DNA of 64,000 nt from Chrysemys picta bellii (taxonomy: Eukaryota). Below are positions 11,835 through 22,748 of the stretch, piece by piece (the stretch's first letter is position 1; each line of letters begins with the position of its first letter). The position numbers and the translations under genes are program-made. The notes beneath the pieces are model-generated. The model saw only the letters and a list, made by a program, of their open reading frames with translations. It was not told the origin of the DNA and made no database searches. The stretch is from positions 197,594,001-197,658,000 of the forward strand of contig NC_088793.1 of assembly GCF_011386835.1 (NCBI RefSeq), read 5' to 3'.

Positions 11835-11999
11835 TCTCAGAACTGGAAAGGACCTTTGAAAGGTCATTGAGTTCAGCCCCCTGCCTTTACTAGCAGGACC
11901 AAATACTGATTTTTGCCCCGATGCCTAAGTGGTCCCCTCAAGGATTGGGCTCACAACCCTGGGTTTAGCAGGCCAATGCTCAAACCACTGAGCTATCCC
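11835..11999 (-). mobile_element. Tortoise PolIII/SINE (tRNA-derived head, CR1-like tail)
   Basis: Minus strand starts GGGATAGCTCAGTGGTTTGAGCATTGGCCTGCTAAACCCAGGGTTGTGAGCCCAATCC (A box, degenerate B box). The tail matches the CR1 3' end (gaactggaaaggacc..ggtcattgagttcagcccc on the plus strand). Confidence 0.85.
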
Positions 12000-12104
12000 T
12001 TCCAGTTGCATGCTTACATACACATTATAAAGTGCTGAAACAGACAGCAGAGAACACACCAACATTTTAAGAACTCTTCCTCCTTCCCTGCTGACCCCTT
12101 ATGC

Positions 12105-12327
12105 CAGGGGGTCTCAAACTGGGGGTCAGGACCCTTCAAGGGTTCGTTAGGTTATTAGATGGGGGTGTCGCGAGCTGTCAGCCTCCACCTCAAACCCTGC
12201 TTTGCCTCCAGCATTTATAATGGTGTTAAATATATAAAAAGTGTTTTTAATTTATTGGGGGGGGGGGGTCACACTTGGAAGCTTGCTATGTGAAAGGGGT
12301 CACCGTACAAAAGTTTGAGAACCACTG
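12105..12327. mobile_element. hAT-type MITE
   Basis: TIR-like ends cagggggtctcaaact / agtttgagaaccactg. No clean 8-bp TSD. Confidence 0.7.
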
Positions 12328-12329
12328 GA

Positions 12330-12819
12330 CTATAACCTATGGAACTGATTCTGGTAATACTTTCTACAAATTACATCTCTGTTATGAAACTGACCTAAGA
12401 ACTTTCTCCATAGCTGTATATAGAACAATCTTTTAACCACAATACTCTCTCTCTTCTCTTTTTAGGTAAATCTTAGTTTAGTTTATAAGAATCGGCTATA
12501 AGCGTGTATTTGGGTAAGATCGGAAAAAACTCATGGATCTGGTGGGTGATGTGTCTGATCTCTTAAGACTGGCAGAACTTTATGTATGGTGAACAAGATT
12601 GAAAGTAATTCTCATCATATTTGACTTGGCTATCTGGGAGGAAGCCCAGGAAATCTGTGCTTTAGTTTCTTCATAACCAGTAAGGTGTTGTAGAAGCTAT
12701 TTTGTTGCTGGCTTGGTGAATCTAATTATTAGAATAAACCACCAGTTTTGGGAATCATCTATCCCATAATTTTCAGTTTGCCCTGACTGAGCATGGCCCC
12801 TCCAGGCACCACGGTCACA
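12330..12819. mobile_element. Probable LTR fragment
   Basis: Ends in ..ggcaccacggtcaCA. Composition resembles the 3' half of an LTR. Weak assignment. Confidence 0.35.
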
Positions 12820-13305
12820 TAGACCAGAAGGGACCATCATGATGATCTAGTCTGACGTCCTGCACATCACAGGCCACAGAACCGCACCCACCCACTCCTG
12901 AAATACACCCTTAATCTCTGGTTGAGTTACTGAAGTCCTCAGATTAAAGACTTCAAATTACAGAGAATTCACCATTTACACTAGCTTAAATCTGCAAGTG
13001 ACCCATGCCCCAGGCTGCAAAGGAAGGTGAAAACTCCCCTAGGGTCTCTGCTAATCTGACCCGGGGAAAAATTCCTTCCCAATGCCAAATATGGCAATCA
13101 GTTAGACCCTGAGCATATGGGTAAGACCCACCAGGCAGATATCTGGGAAAGAATTCTCTGCAGTAACTCAGTGCCCTCCCTATCTAGTGTTCCATTACCG
13201 GCCATTGGAGATATTTGCTGCTAGCAGTCACAGATTGGCTATATGCCATTGTAGGCAGTCTCATCATACCATCCCCTCCATAAATTTATCAAGCTCAGTC
13301 TTTCA
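12820..13305 (-). mobile_element. CR1 LINE 3' region
   Basis: agaccagaagggaccatcatgatgatctagtctgac..; ggggaaaaattccttccc..ccaaatatggcaatcag..; ataaatttatcaagctcagtctt are CR1 3' signatures in reverse orientation. Confidence 0.8.
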
Positions 13306-16300
13306 GATATATTTATGGACACACCCGTTAATAATTACAGCAATTCTAATAATGTGTTGTAGGATAAGTTGTATGTTAAAGGACTGCCAAAGGAAACAGG
13401 AAAGGAAACTGGTATTGGAACATGCCACCGTATTCCATCAAGTTTGCTGTAGAATATTCATGAGCCAATAGGGAGCCAGTCCTGTAAAACAGTGCTCAGA
13501 TTACTTCAATGGGGATACTTGCGTAAGTAAGAACTATCCGCTGAAGTAAGGTTTTGCTGGATCGGGGCCTAAGTTTAGCAGCAGCAAAATGTGTGCTAGT
13601 GAAGAGAATAAAATACTTATAACCCATCTGTCTCTGGTATTATGAAACTATCTTTGCTTGAAAAATTCTGACAGCTACTCATCAGCTATTTGTACCTATG
13701 AATCACTTAAGTGTGAAAGCACAATATAAATCCATAAAAAGAGTGCATCTCTGAACACAAGAGGGCTTGAATCACCAGTGTGTTTCTCCAGTTAATATAA
13801 ACCAACTGGCATAAAACTACAGTAATACAATGGTGAGTTAGGCCCATTGTCTCTTTGCAGCAGTAGTAACACCTGTGCTCCTACACATAGCACATCCCTT
13901 GCAGGAGCAGCGAAGTGAATATGACTAGGGTTGAATCAGTGTTTTCTCCCCAGTGCTGCTGCTATCAGAGCATTGTGGTCAGCAACAGAGGCACAACACG
14001 TACCAGATGGCTGGGAAATGGACACACATGTAGGGAGAACAGCAAGAGTAAAAATAAGAATGGAGGGAGAAGCAAATTGTTTTAGGGTGAGAGTTTTATC
14101 TGAAATTCTTTCATCTACCAACCTAATTAATGATGAGAGTTAACTTAATTGGAAGGCAAAAAGAAGTCAGACATAAAACCTCACTTCTAAAATGCTGGAA
14201 TCTCTTCCGTTATTTGAAAGAGCAAGGGGTAAGGGAAGGAATAGATTCTCCCGAAGAGATTGAATAAAAGGCCTTTACATATAAATATAAAATACCTTCA
14301 TTTATGGTCTGTAAATCTGTAGCCACACTTGAAGTCCATAGGGCCTGATTCAGAAGGCATCCTTATGCAGGAAAGGCACGTAAGAATGTACTGAATCATT
14401 TCCCTTTAGTCCTGAATTCCCACTCACACATATGGGGTCAAATTTATGCTCACCTGACTCATTCAAATCGTTCTACTGACATTCCAAAGTGTCATAGTCT
14501 ATATTAGATATTAGTCATAAACAAAGTAGACAATATCATTTTAATTTACCCTCTTAGTGATACCAAAGATTTAGGTCAGAGTTTAAAGTGTTAAACATTT
14601 TGGTATACCTGCAGGTTTTGATGCCAATTTTCCTACTCAGTTACATTTCAAAATGGTTGTGGCACAGAAAGTTCCTTCTTGGGTATGGCAAGTTGTTTGT
14701 GCATACAACAGATTTTATCAAAAGAAGAATTTATCTAATCATATAGCTCCACTACTTAAATAGCTTTTATTTTCTCTTCACAGCACTAGCAGAGCAGCAA
14801 AGACAGAATAGCAAAAATCAATAAGAGAAGAAAGAGTAAGCACTGAATGATTTCAGAACACCTTTCCATAACCCCTGACTATACAGGATCACAGAACAAC
14901 CTGGATAACTGTATATATTGAGCAAGCTAAACAACTATGCATATAATCAAGCTGACCGCTGTTACATCACGTATGGATTTTATCAACCAGTTGAAAAAAA
15001 AATTATAAACTAACAGCAACCTGATTGACTACCTTTTATTTGTAACATCTGATCTATTTGTTATGGTTCTCTTTACTTTCTACATTCACTTTTCACATAG
15101 GAATTCAATGAGGGAGCAGCATACATCTTGTGCTTTAACAGCACAAAATAATTGATACCAGAGCAAACTTTTCAAGAATAAAAATACCGTGTATGAAAAC
15201 ATCTGCCCAGTAACATTCTGAAATGCAATTTTTTTAGAGCAGGTTACAATATTTTTTGGCTAGAGGATGAATCCCTGCAAGTTATGAAAGCAACAGACTG
15301 ATAAATTTCCATCTGTTCAAATATTCACCACGGCCTGATATACTCTCTGCCCTTAATGTCTGTTACAGAGATGCTCTCCCAAATACATAACTGCAAAATC
15401 AATTCAGTTGGGAAGTACATAAAACGTTTTATGCTACAAATGGGAAAACGTTATGAAAAATACTGAACTGCTAAACCCATCATGTGCTTAAAGGCACAGA
15501 CTTATTTTATAACAGATAATTTTATAAAACAGGATATAGGGACTTCTTGGAAGTCAACAGATTTTAACAGCAGCTGGTCAACTAAATAGATACTAGTTTA
15601 CTACAATTTTCTGAAGAGGATGACTTTTCCTTTCTTTCACCCTTATCCCTGTGTAGTACTTTAAAAAGAACTCCTTTGAGAAATGGTATCACCTAACGTT
15701 TCCATTTGCCCAGATGTTTTCCTCATTAGCCTGTCAGGAAAGGCATATATAGGGTAATTCTAATGATAGCAAACACCTCATAAAAAAAAAAAACCTCTCC
15801 AAATTTACTTTTCCACAAAATATAATTTTAAGGCGCTTCATGAACCCATGCGGAAAGAAAGCATCATTTACAAAATATTATTACTAGAAATCTTAAAGAT
15901 ATTAAAAAACTGGAATGTCAGTCTAGTGATAAAATTTCAGTGTATAAGACCGAATACAACCATGGACCTTATTCAAGACACTTTGCTCAATTCTGACTCC
16001 CACTTAGTTCAACAGGAAATGTTCTGAGTAACAGCCTGATCCTGCAATGTAGAATGCATGGGTGGACTGCTATGTTTGCAGAGACCCACTGAAGCTAGTG
16101 ATTTCACATTGAGCATTACAGAATAAGGACCCAAGGGGAATAAGGAGTGCTGAATAGGAAGCCCTGTCCTCTATTAACTAGGAAGAAGAAAGAAGTGGTT
16201 TTAATATAGTTATACCTAAATTTATTATTATTAGTTATATATTTCCTGTCAGTTCTCTGCACAATGTATAAGATATTTCACTTTTTCTATACCTGCATTT

Positions 16301-17624
16301 AGACAGAAAAAATTAACCAATCAGTATAAAAAACCCACTTTATTAGAGATTTAAGATGTATTCAATTTAATCTTACATCTTCCACTATTGGTCTCAAGTC
16401 ATTGTAAATAGCTGGCAACAGTAACACACTGTTAAGAAGAGCCAACAGAATAGGAAAGCACAAGAAACAGTGCTCTAAAATTCACTGAGATCATTTCCAG
16501 GGACATCACTCATTTTGGTCCCAAGTTACTAGTATCACACACATATTTTGTCCTTTTATTGTTGAAATGGCAATTATTTCCATCAGCAGCAAAGAATCAT
16601 GAAGCTTGGGCTAGAGAAAGTGTTATTTACACTGAAGGGTGAAATTTAATTATTTTTGGTGTTTTTCACTGGGGTCTTTTCCACTCCTCACATCTCACGT
16701 TTGAGCCTTGGCACATGGAGAGGTCTGCTTTCATCATTTATATGAAAAATGTCATTAATAAGTCAGCAAAAGTACAGCAACTCTCTCCAGACGTTTCTGA
16801 AATACTTGCAACGTTACCAAATCATATGAGAAATCAAACTGGGAGCTACTTCTATCGACTTCTCCCCACCCCACTCCCGCCCACATCCCCAGGCAATATA
16901 AATGCAACTAGCAGTTTAAAAAACGAGTTTGATAAAAGCGTGTCTGGGAATAGCGCTGGACAAGTCGCAAGTCGGGAGAGAATGGCTGTGACAAGCAGGA
17001 GGGTGACGGCTGGGAAGGAGGAGAAAAGATGGGGTGGGGAAGACGGGGGCATGCGGTTGCAGAGATTTCAGCCCAAGTTGGCCCTGGTAGCTTCATGACA
17101 CCCCCACATCTCATTTGGTCTGGTGCCGGCCCCCGAGCTTGCCTGAATTCGCACCTTCTCAGCACAAACACGAGGCTCTGGTTGCCACTTTGCCCGAATT
17201 CAAACAAGCCGCCTCCGTTGTACGGACGGAGACGTGACAGGCACCTGAGGGCAGCGGCATTTATAGGGCGTGGGGGTAACCAGGCAGGAGGGAATTCAAG
17301 CTTCCCTCTCCCCCCGCCCCGTTCCTAGGGGCATTGCTGCACGTGAACAACACCAGCACACGCGGCTTTAAGGGGGCGTGTGTCCGGCCGGGTCCCAACC
17401 CCGGCACCTGTAGCATGGCCCCGGGGGCATTCCTGCCACCCAGGTGGGCACTTTTCGAGGGCTGCCTCTTCGCGGGGAATCCGGCTTCAGGAGGGGGTCA
17501 GGCAATGGGGCGGCCCACCCACGCCCCGCCCCCAAACGCATCAAGCAGGCTCCCCCTCCACCCCCGGGCTGCAAACGCCGCTGTCTCGCCCCCCCCCCAG
17601 CGCACCTCCCCGGGAGGGACTCAC

Positions 17625-17747
17625 CTGCGGCTGGCCGTGGGTGCTGTTGGCCGGCGGGGGGTCGGGCTTGGCCCGCAGCACGGTGATGTGCAAGGTGAGC
17701 AGCAGGAGCCCCAGTAACAGCAGCAGCTCCGCCGCCAGCCGCACCAT
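17625..17747 (-). CDS. ISM1: Isthmin-1, first coding exon (signal peptide; 41 codons, phase-0 donor)
   Basis: Translates [41 protein letters not shown]. The first 25 residues match the ISM1 N-terminus as I recall it. Strong Kozak context (aagAGGATGG) and CAG|GTGAGT donor at 17625/17624. Confidence 0.95.
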
Positions 17748-18315
17748 CCTCTTGAAGCGGGCGGCTTTAGGGCCCCGCAGGAGCGGCGGCAGCAGCCGCG
17801 GAGGAGGAGGAGCCGCCGCCGCCGGAGCAGCCCCGGCCGGAGCAGCGGCCCCGCTGTCGGGCCGGGCCGGGGTGGCGGAGGCGCCGCCAGGCCACGGCGG
17901 AGCCACGTCAGGACGGGAGGCGCCGGGGCAGCAGCAGGCGGCGGAGAGGAGCGCGCCGCTGCCCGGCTGCTGCGGCGCTGGGCAGCAGGGCGCGGGGCCC
18001 GGGCCTGGTGCAGGAGGCGGCGGCTCGCCTGGCAGCCCCGCGCTCCGGAGTCCGCATGGGCTCGCCAGGGGGTCTCCGGGGCGGGGGGCTGGGGAGCCAG
18101 GCGCGCGGGGCAGCCTGCAGCCGGCGGGAGCCCGGGCCGCGCTCCGCATCCAGGGGGAGGCGAACGGGGAGCGGCCGCGGGGCTCCCTCACATGGCTGGG
18201 GCCGGCGCCGGGACACCGCGGGCGAGTGCCGGGGGCTATTGCTGCAGGCTCAGCGCAGGGGAGCTGCTGCGCTGTCCTCCCCACCCCGCTGCGGGGCTTG
18301 GGTCTCCCTAACCCC

Positions 18316-18560
18316 CCTCACGCTGCACGGACGGGGCGCCCCCAGCCCCCCCCCTCCCCGGTCCCCTCACACTGCAGGGGCTGGGCGCCCCTAGCCCCAC
18401 TTCACTGCACGGGCTGCCCTAGCCCCCTGCCCTCCTCACACTGCAGGGGCTGGGCGCCCCTAGCCCCCTCACACTGCACGGGCTGCCCTAGCCCCCCAGC
18501 CCCACTTCACTGCACGGGCTGCCCTAGTCTCCCTCACACTGCACGGGCTGGGCGCCCCTG
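18316..18560. repeat. GC-rich minisatellite (about 30-37 bp units, cactgca(c/g)gggctg(ggc)gcccctagcccc)
   Basis: Six or seven imperfect units visible directly. Confidence 0.85.
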
Positions 18561-19532
18561 AACCCGCTGTGCGACCGCTCGGTCTTCCCCACGGGCTGCG
18601 CCCCGTTCCCAGGCACTGCCCTACCGACCCCCTTATACGCTGCCCTTAGGCACGGCTTTATCCCCCCAGCCTCTGGCTGGGCTAGCCCCGTGCCCTCTGC
18701 CTGCCGATCAGCGCCTGACAGCCGGATCCCAGGGCGAATGGCTCCCTGCCGGCCCCGGAGAGGGGTGACTCCCCTCCGCGCCCAGCGCTGAGGTTAGCTC
18801 TGAGCTTGAGGTGCTAGAGCCCCGCTCCTCTTCCTGCCGGTGCTGCGGGCTGCAGCCTCGGGGACACTCATCTCCTCGGCAGGGCGGCGGCAACTTCCCT
18901 TTGCCCTCCTGCTGCTGCGGGCTCCTGCTGCCCTTTCATCCCGCTGCCGAGCGGTGGGCAGGCGGGCGCTGCTGATTTCTCCCCCGCTGGGTTAATCCGG
19001 GGTAGATGGTGCCTGTCCCCTCCTCCTCCTCGGAGCTAAACTCCCGGTGCCGCAGCAGCAGAGAGACTGGACTGCAGAGCTTTAGCGATCTGCTCTGCTT
19101 GCGCGCTGGATACCTGGCTCCATCTCTCTCTGTCTCTCTCCTGCAATGACCCTAGGCCAGCTCCTCTCACTCTCTCCTGCCACTGTGTGTGTGTGTGATT
19201 GCAAGCCGCTGGCCCTCCTCTTCTTCCAGTCCAGCTTTCTCTCCCCCTCTTTCTCTTTGGAGAGGAGTGAGCTCTGTGGGTGTGATGCTTTTATACTGCG
19301 CTCTCTCTCCCTCCGCTGTCCCCTTTCCCCCTCCCACCTTCCCCCTCTTAAGCCTCCTGTTGCAGCCCGATCTCTTTTCCCCACTGCCTGTGGCTCCGAG
19401 GGCTGCTCCACAGTGATTCCCTGTGCAGCCTTGCCTTGCCTGCCTAGCCTCATCTGCAGCCAGCACTCTTACTTCTCTGCTCTAGGAAAAGAGGCAGTGA
19501 GCACAATTCTCTCTCTTCCCTGCACCTTGCGA

Positions 19533-19543
19533 CGGCATTTATA
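19533..19543 (-). promoter_or_regulatory. Candidate TATA box (TATAAAT) oriented toward ISM1
   Basis: Minus strand reads gaTATAAATgccg at the distal edge of the GC/CT-rich block. Motif evidence only. Confidence 0.4.
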
Positions 19544-21479
19544 TCAGAGCAAAGTGGGCATTAAACGCCACCAACACAGAATATCCACTTTGGACTGGCG
19601 CAAATAACTATGCGAAGTGTAGGGCAACAGAATGCAAACCCTGTATATTCCTCACTCCCTGCTCTGTTCTCAGGATTTTATAATTAGCCTGGAAAAATAC
19701 TCCCCTGGATGGGAAATGTGTCCCTGGGGTTAAAATTAATTTTCATTTTTCAAAAAAATCAATGCAGCTGCACTGACTCCTGTGGAGGCAGGCGGATTTA
19801 CACAAGGTGAAGATCTGGCCCAGTATGTGATTTACACAAGGTGAAGATCTGGCCCAATATGTGAGTTGTTTGTTTTGAAGTTATAAAGTTACCAAACAAA
19901 ATGGAAGTGTTGGACTCTGACATTGTTCCTCTGCAGTTCAAAAAGCCTATGTAAGAATATTGTTCAGGTGTGGGCCGTATCAGTGATCGGTATTTCTAAG
20001 CATTGGTGACAAAATAAAAAATGCTTACAATGGCCGAGAGACTGAATTTCATTACACTGCATTATTGGTATGAAAGGCAAGGAGAAGTTCCCTGTCCTTG
20101 TAAAACTGGTTTACAGTCTGACTGATTTTATCAGACGGGTCTTTATGAGCTAATGGCCGAATCCTTTTTGCCTTACATGATTTGTCCCATTAACCTCAGC
20201 AGAATGGTTCAAGTGAGAAAAGCAAGCAACGTCTGGCCCCTTGTCAGTAATCTGCAGACTCATAGTAGGAAACTGATCTCCTCTTGTAAACTGGGTGTGA
20301 CTCCACTGAAGTGAATGGACTGGGTTTTTTAGACCATTAGGATGCTTTACGCCACTCTGAATCCACTCTCCCCATCAGTCATACACCAAGTCCTTCTCAG
20401 CCAGCCCAAAGGACACATACCTATGAAAAACTGGCGTGAGATGAACTGCCGGGACATGTGGTGGCTTTTATAGATCTGTGTAAATGGACAGATTAAAGAA
20501 TGAATCAGAAGAGTGTCTCATATCCTTCCACTGAGAATTTTTTTCTGATTAGAATAATTATAAAATAACACTAGACCTGAAATAACTCTATTAAGGTAAC
20601 AATGAGGCTGTGACTAAAAGCCACAAACTCTAACAAGTTCAGATTTAAGGATTTTTATCCATTAATACATCTCATTGTGTCTCAGTATTGCAGCACATGT
20701 GATCTGCATATCTGTGCACTGATCAGAATGGATATAGTCTCTCTCTAATTTGCCTTGATTTGGAGACCATGTGGGAAGTCACATATAACATTACTTTAAC
20801 ATGCTTTCTTGTGTTCATATGTATTCATGACACATTTACATGTAACAGTCATACTTGGAAATATTGCATTGATATTCTAATAGTGTATAGAACTAGCACA
20901 TTATATTTAAAAAACCTGTGAAAAGTAGCTTTTTTTTCAAACACATATTTTGGACATTAAAAAAAAAAAATACCAAGAAGCATAACTAGTGATATGTTTT
21001 AAATTAAACATTTTTGGCCAGATTCTCTTCTCAATAACACTAGTATGATTCTGGAAGTCAGTGGCGTTATAAGGTATAAAATCAGTGTAAGCAAACAGAA
21101 TCAGGCCCCTTTCTCAAAAGAATTTGTCCAAGAAAACATTTGATTCTAACATTTTTTCAAAATATTTGCCTTGGTGTCAGATACCATAAGCCCCCGGATA
21201 AGCAGAGTGGACTTTGCTTCTTTCTTAAGTGCCCACATGAATAGTAATCACCGATTCCCAGTTTTTGCTCAGACTACATGTGTTCCTACTCTACATAAGT
21301 GCCATCACTCATGCATAATTAGGTTAACTACATACCTAACAGGCTTATTTGCTGTCTCCACCTGTACTCAGTCTCTGGGCAAGTGCATGGGTGAGTTGGA
21401 GAGTGTCAGTGAAATGTAAAAATGTGGTAACAAGGCAAACATCAGTTCAGTGGCCTTCGGATTTGCAAAATACTAAACT

Positions 21480-22370
21480 GAGAGAGTGGAGTTGATTTAA
21501 AGTTATATAATAAAAAACACAGATGGTAACTGTTGAAGCTACTGGTATGTCAGGGTTCAATATTTTAAACAAAATAAAGAGAAGATTCTTGAAAAGTGGC
21601 AGAATAATTACAACCTGGACCACGAAAGTTGTCATGCTGGAAAGGTGGAAAATGTCAAAGAAACTTGTGCCACTGGTTTACCAAGACCTGCCACCCACAA
21701 GTTCCCGTCAGTGGATCCATGTTGTTGGGGGAAGCTGGAAACTTGGCATGTGAGGGATGTGTTTTTAGATATGAATGTTACAAATCAGTGGCTGGAGAGA
21801 TGGAAAGATCATAATGCAAAACAGTCCGAGGACAGGATAGTGACAAAAACAAACGTCGGTTTGCTGCTGTGCTCTGGGTAATGTAAATCCTCCCTGATCT
21901 TATGAAAGACTATGAACAAGTAGAAAGGCATCTTTAATCCAGATGAGCTGGGTTTGTACTAGTGTGTGTTTCCTGATGGGGCATTAACTTCTTATGTGTC
22001 AAGCTGTTGTGCAAAGATGACGAAGGACAGAGCAACGATACTGTTGACAGTAAGGGGATGGCAGCAAGGAACTGGATTCTCTTGTGACTGGAAAAAACAA
22101 GGATCCACATTGTTTTAAAAATCTAGAAACATCATTTGTTCCCCCATGATGCCAACAACTCTGCGTGGATGACTGCAGAGACACGGAAAAATGACTACAC
22201 AACAAAATGCAGAATAAAAAGAGCAATTCTGCTCTGTGTCTGTTGCGTGGCTCATATAGATAAACCGTAAACATTTTTAAGTAGCAAACATGACTTCATT
22301 GGTACATCCAGTAGATTGAGGGTCATAGCATGGGGTTAAAGTAAAGGAGTTTTGCTAAAAGCTGTGGGAG
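21480..22370 (+). pseudogene. pogo/Tigger (TIGD-like) transposase fossil
   Basis: Frameshifted peptides occur in the correct order: KIKEKILEKWQ (CENP-B/psq HTH), HWFTK..VPVSGSMLLGEA and NQWLERWKDHN (Tc5 HTH), FNPDELGLY, KDRATILL..DGSKEL..LVTGKNKDPHCFKN, ANNSAWMTAE, AILLC..VAH, ANMTSLVHPVD*G (DDE_1). Confidence 0.8.
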
Positions 22371-22534
22371 AACTCTTCCTCTGGTGTGAGGCAGACTTGC
22401 TCCACCACCTGCCATTTCCTCACTGGGTAGTGAAATGAGGACTCATCAGGAAGGGGGATTTCCAGTTGAGGACTGCAGGAAGAGCTGCTGTCTAGCCTGG
22501 GGAGTTTTGGGGGCTCCCAGCCTTAATGATAGCA

Positions 22535-22748
22535 ATACCTAGCTTTTATGTAGTGCTTTTTATCAGTAGACCTCAAAGTGCTTTACAAAGGAGGTTAGTA
22601 TTGTTAGCCTTATCTGTAAAAGCTGAGGGATAGAGAGGTGAAGGGAATTACCCAAAATCACTCAGCAAACCAGTGGCAGAGCTGACGGTAAAACCTAGGT
22701 CACCTGAGTCCCGATCCAGTGCTCTGTCCCCTGGGACACACTGCCTCC
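22535..22748 (-). mobile_element. MIR-like CORE-SINE
   Basis: cttttatgtagtgctttt..ctcaaagtgctttacaaaggaggttagt..gaggtgaaggga.ttacccaa..cac.cagcaa..cagtggcagagctg. A similar copy is at 60690-60850. Confidence 0.7.

Larger units (their letters stand above)
1..17624 (-). other. ISM1: ISM1 intron 1 (continues beyond window start)
   Basis: Begins at the GTGAGT donor at 17624. No ISM1 exon-2-like peptide was recognised in 1-17624. Confidence 0.75.
17150..19100. promoter_or_regulatory. ISM1: CpG island spanning the ISM1 promoter and exon 1
   Basis: Abrupt shift from AT-rich DNA to very GC- and CpG-rich sequence with multiple GGGCGG boxes around the exon. Confidence 0.9.

Noticed and set aside
11930-11999. 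tRNA-like sequence
   Set aside because: It is the head of a SINE joined to a CR1-like tail, with a degenerate B box and no full cloverleaf.
16715-17328. ORFs in the proximal part of intron 1 (127 aa +, 99 aa -)
   Set aside because: No recognisable homology or exon structure. They lie at the CpG-island edge where stops are scarce.
18316-18560. Regularly spaced repeats as a CRISPR-like array
   Set aside because: The units are contiguous and imperfect with no unique spacers, the context is eukaryotic, and there are no cas genes.
17334-18561. Long overlapping ORFs in the CpG island (e.g. 17380-18561 +, 393 aa)
   Set aside because: Low-complexity Gly/Ala/Pro/Arg products expected from stop-poor GC-rich DNA. 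They are antisense to or overlap the true ISM1 exon and contain no recognisable domain.
19082-19607. ORFs of 123-153 aa in the CT/GA-rich upstream block
   Set aside because: Composition-driven Ser/Leu/Pro or Glu/Arg/Gly products with no recognisable family. The region is treated as regulatory instead.
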